64,000 nt of DNA, from the NCBI GenBank assembly GCA_010405405.1, contig MU004242.1, forward strand, positions 655,751 to 719,750, written 5' to 3'. Both the position numbers and the translations under genes were made by a program. Shown piece by piece: positions 51,624 through 64,000 of the stretch (its first letter is position 1; each line of letters begins with the position of its first letter). Source of the DNA: Microthyrium microscopicum (taxonomy: Eukaryota). The notes under the pieces were generated by a model. The model did no database searches, was not told where the DNA came from, and saw only the letters and a list, made by a program, of their open reading frames with translations.

Positions 51624-52860
51624 GTAGATGATGGATTCCTATTGTAAGTATAGACCTTCTTTTTGGTTTCCCTTATCTTACCTTTCAGCAGTACGGCCCT
51701 CGATCGAAATCAATAGAGACTAAAGCTCAGTGTCTCAGGACCACCCACCATTCTTATCCTCAGCTTTGCATCTGCAATGCGCGTACTTGATTTGTTTATT
51801 GGCTTGCAAAACAAAAACTGATGATTATATGACGACACGAAGATGACAGCGTAAAGGTTGTAAAGGCTAGCGATGGCCGACTTGTGAATGGACAGTGGCA
51901 TTTTTCCTCTTGTTTTGGCGAGGCTTATGTTTTTTCAAAGAGCGATCAAAGACCGAATACAAGGCGACCTCACGGTACAGCCCATAGCATAATGACATCT
52001 GATCTTGATTTCCGAGTCTTTGTACACTGCTTGGGCCAGAACTGTATGTTCCAGGTTGGCAGCGCTCGTAATTTCAGTGTAACGAACGAGCAACGAGAGT
52101 CAAAATCTGGAACGCGCGAAGGAGGAATCCAAGGCAAGTTTTTGTTCCAAGTAGTGGCAGCAGCACACATCTTTATTCTTCGAAAGTTTGACATGTCTGC
52201 ATAACTTGCCTGCACGATGCGTTGGCAAGACTAGTCCTCATTTGGCAACGAACTGACATGGGACGAACTGCCAAACCCTCGACTGGCTTGCCCCATGAGC
52301 CATGCCCCGAGTATATCTTCGTTGATCTATCGATCGTTTCAGATTTCGTTAAACGATCGCCGAAACAGAAAATTGGCCTACAGATTCCACATTGTGACAT
52401 ATCGCAATGATTGTCGATAGCTTCGCGATGGAGTAAGTACAAGTAGGCAGATCGACTCGTGAAATAGGAGCAATTTTCCAAGCTCTTTCTAGTTGATACA
52501 GGACGTTGGGATCTAGCATGGTCTATTTCTGAATCATCTTGTATTCGCAAGGCTAGCTAGTGCTTTGACCATTCGACAAGGCTGAATTTGAGGGTTTTCC
52601 GAAAAGCTGACAGGACCGACCCATTTGTGATACGGCCACCAGTTTCACACATATATCCATATGTTGCTTCGCTTGTCAATGTCACAAGCGAAGGTTGTCC
52701 CGGTACGATACTTTAAAAGTCTACTTCCCAGATTTAGTGGCTTGGGCGAATATTTCAACTCTTTAAGCTTTTGACAACTCGGAATTTTCTATGGCCATGA
52801 TATTCTCGATTGTATCGACAGTTTCTTGGACTGACAGTGTTGCTTCACTCTGCGCATTGG

Positions 52861-54207
52861 ATGTACGGCATTGCAGTTAGCCTGGGCCTTGTTGGAGCCT
52901 TCGTGGGCAAAGCATTGTGTCAGACTCCCCTTGAATATCCTGATAATGGCACAGAGAGTACAGCTCCTGGCGGTATCTACGGATTTGAGACCTGGACAGC
53001 CCTGAGAACATACTTCAGTTAGTACCTTGGTTTGAACGTTTCTGCTATAAGTTTTATGAGGCTCTGTCCTAACGCATTTTCTTTTGTAGGCAGTTCTCCG
53101 AACTATTTCACTTTCGGCCCTGAGTCACCTAAGGATCCCAAACCAAACGAAAAGACTGGCGGATCAGGACCCTATCCCGCTGGCATATTTCGTGATACCG
53201 CATTACCTCGCCACACAATATACGCGCCCGATACTCTCAGAAAAGGTCTGAAGCTACCGGTGATCTTGTGGGGCAACAGTCTTTGCGTTGCGCAAGGCAC
53301 CCTGTTCCAGGCTTTCCTTACAGAAATTGCCAGTTGGGGCTATATCGTAATCGCAAATGGCGGAAATGGACCTCCGCCTATACCAACACGAGCACCACCT
53401 GCAACTCCTACCTCTTGTACCTGCAAGGCTACACCAACAACTACAACTTCCACATCGTCAGCGAAAGGACCAGGCCCAACACCAAACGTTCTCATTGCGC
53501 AGTGGCAATATGCGCTCAACCTTTTGAATTCTAGTCTCACCGGCCTGGTGTATGACGGCCAAACCAGCCCGAAGATGATGGCCGACTCTATTTCCTGGGT
53601 TGATGCTGGTGGTAGCTATAACCGGTTTGGAGAGGTTGATAAGGATAATATTGTGGTGGCCGGGCACGACTGTGGGGGCCTCGAAGCGTACTCAGCAGCA
53701 TATCGCGATGAGCGCATAAAGAGCATTGTGCTATTCAATAGCGGTCTCGTGGATCGGACAAAAGACTATCTCCTCACTGAGTTTTATGCACCACTTCTCT
53801 ATGTTTATGGTGGATTTTGGGATTTCTCGTGGAATAGTGTATGTTCCAAAAATGAGCGATTGAACGAAGCTGACAGGCACGTAGACTGAGGCAGATTACT
53901 ACAGTCTTCTTCCGGGACTGCGAGCAGTCAAAGCAAGCTTACCTACTGGCCATTTGGGGACATTTTATGATCATAATGGCGGGAAGTACGCGAAACTAAT
54001 GGTGAGCTACATGAATTGTAAGTTCTATGACCATTCTTTCCCTATCACGACGCAGCAGCCATGTTTGATACTAATATGATCATAGGGATAACGAAAGGGG
54101 ACAATCGTGCCAGAAGCCTATTCCTAAATCCAGATTCTCAGCTGGTCAAAGATGGTTGGTCAATCACCTCGAAGAATTGGAACGAATGGATACAGCATGC
54201 GAAATAA
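52861..54207 (+). CDS. Secreted alpha/beta-hydrolase-fold protein with a non-Ser nucleophile elbow (GHDCGG)
   Basis: Signal peptide; introns 53018-53089, 53839-53884 and one from 54018; motifs GGSGPYPA, HTIYAP, LPVILWGN, EIASWGYIVIANG, LFNSG, GGFWD, TGHFGTF. Confidence 0.85.
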
Positions 54208-54581
54208 TCTACGACAAAATAACATTCGAGTAGACACTACAATAGACACTTAGAATAATTGAACGCAAACTCTATATATTATGTGTCATCCTTGAAATCG
54301 ACGTTTTTCAGCCGGGATCGGATATTTTTCATCCTCATCACAGAAAAGCAGATATATCAGGCCACCGCTCAACACATATCTTGATATAATTGGAAGGTAC
54401 TTGATAGGCTGAAACATGAGATGGATCAGCGGATGATGAAGTACACCTGTTATGAAGCTGACTTTAGACAGGGGTAGCAAAGAGCTCGAAACTTATAAAG
54501 AAGGAAGCATCTCCAGTCATCCTACCATTGTTATATCAGCCTACAAAATTATAGTAACTATACCTTTCAGTATCTTTTATC

Positions 54582-55028
54582 ATGGCCACCTCAGAAACAT
54601 GCGACTTATCGGCATCCCACGCACCCAAGCCTGAGGCAATCAAATCTTTTAAGCATCTGCTGCCGAAAATCAAGCATGAACTCGTTCATATGAGGCACTC
54701 TTACGACAAGCACGAGCCAGGATACTTTGCGGGCGTATCTGGAACTTCAGACGACGAGCTCACAAGTTTCGATGAGACTGATCTTGTTGCTGTGCGTGCC
54801 GGCCAGGTTGCATATGGAGTGATCATCTTTGGCAAAGTGAAGCTTCCTAGCAGCCCAGGACAGTATGTGTTTGTTAGGTGGTTTGGAGGCGGCGAGGAGT
54901 CGAAGTCAGGAGAGAAAGATTACAAGTTTCATAGCATTTACACGGAGGAGAAGGATGATGCAGATGGTGGCAAGTCATTTCGAGCTATCATGGGCGATGA
55001 AGACGAGCTGTTCTTTTTCAACGAATAG
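54582..55028 (+). CDS. Small hypothetical protein (148 aa)
   Basis: Clean ATG ORF with globular composition (YDKHEPGYF, YGVIIFGKV, KFHSIYTEE, FRAIM, ELFFFNE). Confidence 0.75.
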   Translation: MATSETCDLSASHAPKPEAIKSFKHLLPKIKHELVHMRHSYDKHEPGYFAGVSGTSDDELTSFDETDLVAVRAGQVAYGVIIFGKVKLPSSPGQYVFVRWFGGGEESKSGEKDYKFHSIYTEEKDDADGGKSFRAIMGDEDELFFFNE

Positions 55029-57743
55029 ATTCGTGTAGTGAGTACATTTTCGATCTCTGACTGGCCGAACTCTGCTGACTGGCATGATCAGGATATGTTA
55101 CAAATATATCTCTTTGATGCAACAGGAAGTCTCCATTCCCTCCCCTGATAGACACGAGTTCTATGCTGAAATACAGCCGAATACATGCTTTGCAATGTCA
55201 AAATAGGTGATTTTGATGATAAGAAAAGACTTCCCGTAGTCCATCTTGCATTCAGGCACATTGATCTCTCCAGTGTAGGTACCAAGTGCAGCTCTATATT
55301 TGGAAATCCATGAGTCTGTATCTACTAGTCGTGAATAGACATTATCACCACTACATCTCTTACTGTTTAGCTCAAATTCGAAAGATCAGTGCTCGTTACT
55401 TGGATTGTTGCCTCTGTCTCTTCTCTTCTTTGCGGCTTTATGGAGCCACAGAACCAGTATTAATCAGAGATAACGACATGATTAAAGCTGGAATAATCTT
55501 CGAGACGGCATACCCACCCAGAAAATATCACTTGCATCATACACCGTGACTGAGGTGGGTCCGCCCTCAATCGGAATCCGGTTACAAGGATGAAGTAAAG
55601 AATCCATGAGGACAGTCATGGGGAAAAAGCAGTTCGTATTTGTTGGCGCTCTCTGATCAAATGAACTTATCTAAAGTCAAAATCGACCTTCAATACTTCG
55701 GGCTTTCCGAGCAATTTCTAAAGCCTAGAAATGTGGGAAAGGCTGCAAGCGCTGTACTAGATGCAAGAAGCATCTTCGAGAAAAGAAATCGACACTAACC
55801 ACGAATGCTTGAAGCAAGTTTTAGGATACGGTTTTACTATTCGCTGGTTATACGAGCATTCCTGGACATCTCGTAATAAAAACCTTGAAGTCTAGTCTAG
55901 CCATGGAAGCGATCCCAGGCATGTTGAGAAGGTCCGTCCTTGAAAACGGTTTCGAGCCGAGAACCCTTGTTGGAAATCATGTCTAGTCCTTCGTTCGCTC
56001 TGCTCCTGGGTTCTCCACATGTTCCCTGTCGAAAAGAAAAATCTGGACAGCAGATGTGACAGTTTGTGCTGCCAGATATGTTGTCAGTTTCAGAGGAATT
56101 GGAGGACTACCTAGATCTTCTCATCTGATGTCTGGTCTCTTCTATTTGAGAACTCTCGCGAGTACCCATAGTGATTTTAGATCATTTTCTTGCTAAGACT
56201 TCTCTAATATAACCCAAAGGTTGATGTGATGTGGCCACCAAAAGCATAAAACCTTGATGCCTTGTTTATTCTTCATACCACGCACTGTAGAGACATCACT
56301 GGCTCAAGAATCTAGCAGAGCGAACTTGATGTCAAAGATCTGTTTGACTGCCGATTTACCTTAAGCAAGGCCTGTTGCTCCATGCAAATCTGGACGTTGA
56401 ATGTCATGCCGCCAAGTCGCAAGCTAAGCTCGAGGTTTTGACAAGGACAAGCCCGAGACGATGAATTGTAAAAGTTTGCAGCCGCATTCACCTAGGACCA
56501 AGATCATGCTTGGCTTTCCTGAGTGCCGGTACGGTGTGAACTCGAGATGTCGTTGCTATTACCAAAAAGAGTCTGGGAAGTGACGAGAATGGTCATACAT
56601 GATACCCTTGCCAGATCTGCGACCAGTCTTTGGTATCAACTACCCCACAGATCATCCAGTTGGGCCAATTTCTTTTTGATACTGGATCAGAAACACGACT
56701 TAGTTCGTTTGGATATCGGTCTTGATCAGATGCGCTCATGTCTCCACTTGGTTGTTTAGAGAACTACTCTAGTGATATGCGCCAGATCATGAGCGCAGAT
56801 CCTGTTGCAGAAGTCTAATTCTATAACCAACCACTCTCTGTCGGATAATTGCAATCTATAGGTACACCTTCCCGGTACCGGCTTTCTGGAGTTCTTTTTC
56901 TAGGGTGGTCCCAAGGACAGTTCGTATTTTCGGACGTCTGCCGTACCATGGAAAGGACGATGAGGCTATAGTCTATAAAGTGATCGACTTTGCATTTGCA
57001 TCGAAGCATTGCTGCATTGACAACTCAAGCCTAGAATCACTGAGAAGCATATCATTTTCTATGCGCACTCCAATTACGAAATTTTGCATGGAGGTGCTAT
57101 CTTCAGAACGAAAGTCCCATAAACTGAGAATAACTTAGTAAGGAAGGAAATTGGATCAATATCAACACGGCTAATCATGCTTTCCGGGCAACGATTAGGT
57201 AGGTAGTTGCCGAGTTGAATATGCTGATCTTTGTACACCAAGCACTAGGCCATAGACTCGAGAAATAGGTGTATATGGAAGGTATCCATGCCGATAATCG
57301 GCTGACAGACAAGGTTACATACCTTCCTAGTAAGTTCCCTGTTGTGCCAAAACAACATGGCAAAAACTCACGACAGTGTCAGTGTTGGAGTAGTTGACAA
57401 CCTCGGGAGTTGAAGAACTATTCTAGGCTTTCAGGACTCCATGGGGCCCCTTCAGTAAAATCAAACGCTTGAATGATACAACTTCCCATACCCTAGTAAT
57501 GATCTCTGCTCTACTGACAAGAGATATGCCGTGTCGGCAACGAAGTGAACAATTTAAGCTGGCATGATTTTCAAACTAATGAAAACATGGATTGGTAACT
57601 CTGAACGAAAGAACAAGGAAGCGACAAGAGTCTCGAAAAGAATAGTATAAATATTGATGTACTGAAGGTCAGTTTGCAACTTTGGCAGCAATAATCCGAT
57701 TACCATCAAGTTTACTTTACACACATACATTGGATAATTCAAA

Positions 57744-59133
57744 ATGCTCATACATAATATCTTCTTCTGCTTTTCGTTAGCATTGGCTTTACCGCAAAAC
57801 GCAGGTGTGGATAACAAAGCATGCAAAAACCCCAGAATACGGAAAGAATGGTGAGTACACGTGCTCGACGAGGAGACGAAACTGACAACTGTGAGGCGTA
57901 AATTGACCGACCAAGAAAGAACAAACTACTTGGATGCCGTAGAATGTCTCTACAAAGCGCCTGCAAAGGGAGCCGATTTGTTTCCAGCAGCTCAAACTCG
58001 CCACGATGTAAGCTGACCGTGTAAATCACTTTCAGATTACCACCTTTGATATCCTGCGATGCTTTTCTAGAGGTACAAGAATGACATTTCAGGCTGCAAA
58101 TCAACGACGAACACTACGGCTACTATGATGCTTCTAGACTGACTATTTCTTAGGATTATAGTGCTTTGCACATAAATCGAACAACAGCGCCAGACGGACT
58201 AACCAATTCGACTAGTCAGTCAACTCTTTAAGACTTTATTCAATTGAAGTAATACTGACAATAACAGACCGTGGACTTGTTGGGCCTGGAATACACTTTA
58301 ACGGTGAGTTCAATTCCATTCCTTGAAAATGTTTTGTCTAAACTGTCCCAGGCGTGTTCTTGCCCTGGCACAGATACTTGATTTGGAATTTTGAAAATAC
58401 GCTTCGGGACGAATGCGGTTATAATGGCACCCAACCATATTGGGATTGGAGTAAGGATACGCCAGAGTACAACAGCAGCTTCGAAAAGTCACCCGTCTTC
58501 TTCGACGATGCATTTGGAGGGAATGGACCCGACCCCGTTGTGCCATCGCCACCAAGAGCACCAATAGAAGGTGGTTGCATCACGACAAGTCGCTTTGCAC
58601 AGGTTCAAAACTCGGTTGGACCAGGATACAACTTGACGGAGCCTCATCCGCATTGTATACAGAGAAACTTCCAGGTGGACCTGGCTAATGGAGCACTGCA
58701 ATGGGAGCTCAATGTATGGCCATTGTTGAGAATGACCAACTTCACCAACTTTACTCTCTCCTTCGACACAGATGCTGGTGGTGTTGGCACCATCAACGGA
58801 TTTGGTGTCCATGGTGGCGGTCACGGCGGCACCGGGGGTGAGCAAGCGAATGTTTGGTCATCTATCAACGATCCGATCTTTTTCATGCATCATGCACAAT
58901 TGGATAGAATCTGGTGGGTCTGGCAGACATATAAACCTGAAAACCTACACAAGTTTGGCGGACCTATATATCCAAATGGTACAGGTCAAATGACATTGGA
59001 CTATCCTGTAGAGATGAGCGAAGTTGTTGCGCCAGCAGTACCAATTCGGAAGGTTATGGACACACTGAATCGCGATGGCCAAGGAATACTTTGTTACGAA
59101 TATGAGGACAATGGCGAAACATTGCCAAATTAG
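57744..59133 (+). CDS. Secreted tyrosinase-like di-copper protein
   Basis: Signal peptide, CKNPRIRKEWR, YLDAVECL, DYSALH, IHFNGVFLPWHR (CuA), PYWDW, HGGGH and DPIFFMHHAQLDRIW (CuB); four introns. Confidence 0.9.
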
Positions 59134-59875
59134 TTTGCGAGCTGACAGATTTTGGGTGCGCAAAAGTCATTGGGTGTCGACGTTTCGGTATATCTTTTCT
59201 TAATTAGCGATCAATTTAATGCATAACATGATGATACTTTCGGGTCCTGTAAAGAACTGGAGCAAACTCCCGTGTAGAACAGCATTGCTGAGTGAGGCTA
59301 TAGGACAGCCAGGAAACCACAAAGTCAAGAGCCTTAAGTCGATAAGAATAGAGACAGCCTTGTCACACAACAGTAGGGCAAAATAAATGGCGTTCTCCCA
59401 TTAACTCTAATGGCTGCCACCAACGCTCTTAAGCAAAAGGTGCTATATTCTCCAGTGTAGTCCATCAATCATTTCGATTCGAAACAACCTTTTGGCAAAT
59501 AGAGCACTCGATAAGAGAGCGTAGCGTCTAGAAGCCAACGAGGCCATTGGGAGCGCGCCGTTGTCACTCTCAGCCTGATGGAATATCGGAGATTAATCCG
59601 AAATAATCTCCGACAGGGATTGTCCTTGTCTCTTTCCTCGCTGCTCTGCAGATCCCTGCCACCTGGTTCAATGTTGTCAACCCTGTGACGCTGATGGCTT
59701 ACCGTCTTGACTCTTGCTGCATTGCATACACAACTCCAAGTTGACCTTTCAACTCCTTCATCGTACGGTTATGGCCCGTCGCAAGTCTATTGTGTTATCT
59801 CTAGATTATCCACCAACGATAATACCTAGATCGGTACATTCGACACTGTCGCCTGGTGCGACGACATCCTGAACA

Positions 59876-61447
59876 AGTACGTCTCCACCTTCCGCGTCGG
59901 CACGTTCATGCTAACTTCTTGGTTATCGTAGTGGCCCTTCAGCCTGGAATACCTCATCAGCTCCCTATGGGACCTAACCTCCCGTGGTCGCAAGAAGCTG
60001 CATTCGCTACTTCGTATACCCGTCCTCACAAGCCAACCTCCAAGCCGGCGCCTAAGTCGATTATCGTCGGGCAGGTCGATCAATCCGATGCACTCGCTAC
60101 GACTCCGCAGACTAAGTCCGAAAGCGCTTTGTGTGCCTCTCAAGTGGTTGTATGGCTTCATAGCGTTGTAGCAGCGATCTGTAATATTCTTACGCTCAAT
60201 GGCGTATTACTGCCAGGAAAGAAGCTCTCCGCAACCCCTTCACGTCCTCCAAAAACTGCTGGGTTTGGTGACCCATTCAATTTTCTCTTGAGAAACCACA
60301 CCTCTGGATCCAAGACAGACCCTTCCACATCGGACGACGATGAAAGGCGACTTCGTCATATTCCCGACTATGTGATAGAGTACGCGCCTTATTGCCATCT
60401 ATTTTCTACCGAGGAATACTGGCCAGGAATAATGCAGGAACATATTGATCATACCACTCCGTATGCTGGCTCTGACCCGGCTGGAGGAGACTATCGAGAT
60501 TTGAATGAAGGCAATTTGGACAAACTGAATGATTTTGGGCCCAAAACTTACCTGCAGAGTAACGATGACCCTGAAAGCTATCCAGAGTGGTTAGGTGGGG
60601 AATCAAATATACCGGGTGAGTTACTAGGCCTAAGGAGCCGTAGGATTAAGAAGTTAAGATCATCAGGAGCACCGCATCGCTCGAGCGCACCTGCAGTTTT
60701 GGTTGTTGTTGATAAAGGGGAATACGTCGACGCATTTTGGTTCTTTTTCTACAGCTTTAACCTCGGCAATCAGGTGCTGGGTGTACGCTTTGGCAATCAC
60801 GTTGGTGATTGGGAGCATACTGCCATCCGCTTCAAAGATGGAAAGCCGGAGCATGTATTCTTCAGTGAGCATGAATGGGGTGCTGCATACCGGTGGGAAG
60901 ACGTTGAAATGTATGACGATAAACGCGTAAGCTGTCCCCCTCTCCTTTTTCTTCTTCCTTCTTCATTCAGGCCTGACCCATATAGATGCTCACATACTCC
61001 GGTTATGGAACCCACGCCATGTACCGCACTGCTGGCGTACATCATTACGTTCTCCCCTTTGGATTACTGCAAGATATTACAGACAAAGGCCCCTTGTGGG
61101 ATCCTACTCTCAATCTCTATTCAGTCACATACGACCCCAGGACTGATATCGTAAGACCTGGTGATCTTACGCCAGACGTGCCGACTGGTTGGTTCGACTT
61201 TGCGGGCCATTGGGGCGATAAGCAATACCCAATGGATGACCACCGTCAATATAGATTTGCTGGCGAGCTGCACTACGTGAGTGGGCCAACTGGACCGAAG
61301 TGGAAGAATTTGGCGAGGAAGGAAATTTGCGAGGGGTCGGGCGAATGCCATATTCAAGATGTGGCCTTGGATAATGTACCGCGAGTTTTCTCCCAGACTG
61401 AGTGGGAATGGTTGAGAAGACGGCGGGAGCACAGATATGGAGTGTGA
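59876..61447 (+). CDS. Vps62-like protein
   Basis: IPDYVIEYAP, DAFWFFFYSFNLG, FGNHVGDWEH, FFSEH, GTHAMY, DITDKGPLWDP, GHWGD, SGPTGP; intron 60927-60985; start uncertain (see findings). Confidence 0.85.
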
Positions 61448-61619
61448 TCGCGCAATGTTTTTATAAACTGCGCTTGTAGATATTCATGCATTAAAAGACA
61501 TTCATTCCAATCATTTCATTGAGGTTGATGATCAGTCTTGCGTGAAACAAGATTCTTCTGTTCCAATCATGTACAATCGTACATGTTCAACAAGTCTATC
61601 AGTTCTGTATATCGTCAGG

Positions 61620-62659
61620 TCATAGGGATAAGAAGACATGGCACGCGACCATAATCATCGCCAGAAATTTTGTATGCATCATATCAAGACCTAAGGAAGC
61701 TGCCTCAGAGCCCCGAGTTTTTGATGTCAGATTTACTCCGAAATCTTGAGCCATGAACGTGACATTCTCAGGCGCATAATAAGCCTCAGAGCCGAATCCG
61801 ATTACACCTAGCGATAGACTGGAGGCCAGCAAATTATTGTCCACCAAAGGTTTCAGAAGCTGAAGAAAGTCGATATGGGATGTCGAAACATTCGAATTTG
61901 CAACCCATGAATACGTTGTCAAATTTCTGCTTCCACTAGAGGTACTACCACAGTACAGCGAGCTTGTCTGCGATTAGCAACCATATTGTAGAACAACTGA
62001 TGTATACACTTACAACGAAGTGTCACCAACAGTAACAGTCTGATTCTGACAAAGACCGCTCGAAAATCCAATAGGCTTCGGATCACCATACCTGCCAACC
62101 CACACCATAACCTCATACTTTGCACTTGCATCGACTTGAGCAGCAGCTGGATCTTCATCCGCGAACATGTCCCATGCGACGTTTGAGACCATGCCCGTAA
62201 TCCGGCTATCCAGGTCCTTGGCTGGCGCCGAGATCGACCATGATGCCGAGAGAGTGACAGCGCTGATGTCGGAAATGACTATCGGTAGCAGCTTGGGCTG
62301 GAACTTGACGTGCGGGTAGGAATGAACCGCGTTCCGATCACTGGGCCATTGCCAGGTGGCATTGAAAGCGGTGGAGTAGGAGTTTACCTGAAGATGTCAA
62401 TAGTGCGCGTGATTTCACGCGTGAAGATGCGTACCGATATGCATTGGAAGCCTTGCGGAGTGGCATTCCAGGCGTTTGCGATGACTAAAATTCAATTAGC
62501 ATGCTCTCTCTTAGACATGAACATTGGTATCATACAGATCAATTTGTTATTGTCAGAGGGAATGGAACCAGTTGGGGTGCAGATGGTGTTGTCGGGATTG
62601 GGCACAGAAGCGGCATATGAGGCACAAAATAACAGAGCTCCCAAGTAAGGAAAGACCAT
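61620..62659 (-). CDS. Glycoside hydrolase family 12 protein, probably GPI-anchored
   Basis: Signal peptide, NAWN, FNATWQW, VHSYPHV, NVAWDMF, catalytic YEVMVW and FGSEAY, hydrophobic tail; three introns. Confidence 0.88.
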
Positions 62660-63176
62660 GTGCATATTAGCACTGTACAAGGAAGAAGAATGTACCAAGT
62701 TCCTGGAAAGTTGAAGGGAAAAGTGATGTCTTATCAGGTTACCGTGCATGAGGCGCAGGGACTGAGATGCAATCGATCTAGAACCTTACGGTGAATTTGC
62801 CACGCCATGCAGGTGTTTTGGCGAACAGCAAAAACGAAGTTTTACAGAAGATTTTGCTTAAGTACATGAGCTTGCAAAAATCCCTAGCAGCTTCTATTAA
62901 TTCGTCGAATTAGTTCAGGTCAATAGCCGTGATCCTTATGGTTGACGAAGGCGGTATTAACAGGGTTCGGTCTCATGCTACTCTACACATGGAGCAGCTT
63001 TCCTAATAGGTAAGCCCTCGATTATAATGATACATTCAGTTGTACTAAATGGAATATGACAGCAGTGGCGGAGCCAGTAGAACATGCTTTATGAATAGGT
63101 GCTTGAAATTTCGACGAGTTGATCAATGTGCCCATCAATGGCGATGATGAAGCTTGAGCTGCGTGTTGGCTTAAAA

Positions 63177-64000
63177 TCAGTCGTACTTGATGAAATCAAA
63201 GAGTAGCCTTCGATTGCTTTCGTGCCGTAACAGCTCAACTCCAGCTGTCACACAGGCTCTATCAAGTTCATTGATATCATCTGATGTATCTGCGTTCTCC
63301 CAAAGCCACTGAGAAACTATGAGATATTTCAAGCTGGGAAATTTCTTGTTCTTTCCACAATTATCCAAGAAGTATCGTAAAGCAGCTACGATGATATCGA
63401 ATTGCCTGTCATCTCCTAGATCATCACTATTGAGTTCCAGACGCTCCAGAGATACCGGAAGCACGTCTACGAAAGAACACTCTGGTGGGAGCCTATCTGT
63501 GTAATCCGAGTAGCTTGTCCTTCCAAATAGCACTTCGGACCCAATGTCTAGAAACTGGAGATTTTCCAGCGGGATCAAGCCTGACCCGATAGACTCCATG
63601 GGCGCATCGTCTGTATGCACTTGACGCGACCACTTTGAGTTAATCGTGAGTTCTTGGAGAGACGTCGCATGTCGCGCGACTCCTTCTCCTATGGCTTTGC
63701 TGGTAAAATGGAATTCACGCCAGGGACCTGTATCATCCATTGTCAAGACCAGTTTGCGTAACGCTTTGCAGGCACCGAAAAGTAAGGTAATAGCCGGATC
63801 ATCGATGGCACAATTCATGAGGACAATACTCTCTACCGCACTGGAACCGTCGGCAGGGAATCGAGCGGCTTCTAAGCCTAGCACTGGTAGGCCATAGCCA
63901 TAAAAGCCACGGAGATTAGGCAAGTGGAAGAAAATGGACACGTAGCTGATGTTTAAATAATTGTCGCCCCTGATCTTGGGCGATTGGTACATGATGATCC
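63177..64000 (-). CDS. 3' part of an LRR/F-box-type hypothetical protein, truncated by the window edge
   Basis: Leucine-periodic segments (LPNLRGF, CKALRKL, SLQELTI, IGSGLIPLENLQFLDI, LPVSLERLEL, FPSLKYL). Confidence 0.6.
   Translation of the reverse strand, partial: IIMYQSPKIRGDNYLNISYVSIFFHLPNLRGFYGYGLPVLGLEAARFPADGSSAVESIVLMNCAIDDPAITLLFGACKALRKLVLTMDDTGPWREFHFTSKAIGEGVARHATSLQELTINSKWSRQVHTDDAPMESIGSGLIPLENLQFLDIGSEVLFGRTSYSDYTDRLPPECSFVDVLPVSLERLELNSDDLGDDRQFDIIVAALRYFLDNCGKNKKFPSLKYLIVSQWLWENADTSDDINELDRACVTAGVELLRHESNRRLLFDFIKYD

Noticed and set aside
55600..57150. Possible decayed gene in the long spacer before the tyrosinase
   Set aside because: Only short broken ORFs with no recognisable motif.

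Overview
64 kb of a filamentous ascomycete (Pezizomycotina-type) chromosome: intron-containing genes with GT/GC-AG splice sites and CTRAY branch points, plus one RIP-mutated transposon. About 22 protein genes can be supported. Core genes: Ras2, a propionyl-CoA-synthetase-like ligase, a divergent histone H4/H3 pair, Bub1, SAM synthetase, Chl1 and Arl8. Accessory or secreted genes: a PLC-like protein, a HAD dehalogenase, an FAD monooxygenase fused to a membrane domain, a 1,300-aa repetitive secreted protein, an alpha/beta hydrolase, a tyrosinase-like protein, a Vps62-like protein and a GH12. A 3.23-kb AT-rich pogo-like DD35D DNA transposon with 29-bp TIRs and a TA duplication lies at 34931-38160, apparently inside the 5' leader of a gene. 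The best candidate for an undescribed system is a ~155-nt nested hairpin in intron 1 of SAM synthetase. It has a mutually exclusive alternative stem and overlaps a cryptic, stop-generating 3' splice site, which could be SAM-feedback splicing control. Also notable: an H3 Q19A substitution, a hydrolase with Asp at the nucleophile position, a 5-nt micro-exon in the Chl1 Walker A motif, an intron-split start codon and a 3' element shared by H3 and H4. All exon calls and family assignments are by eye and from remembered motifs; no searches or folding calculations were run.
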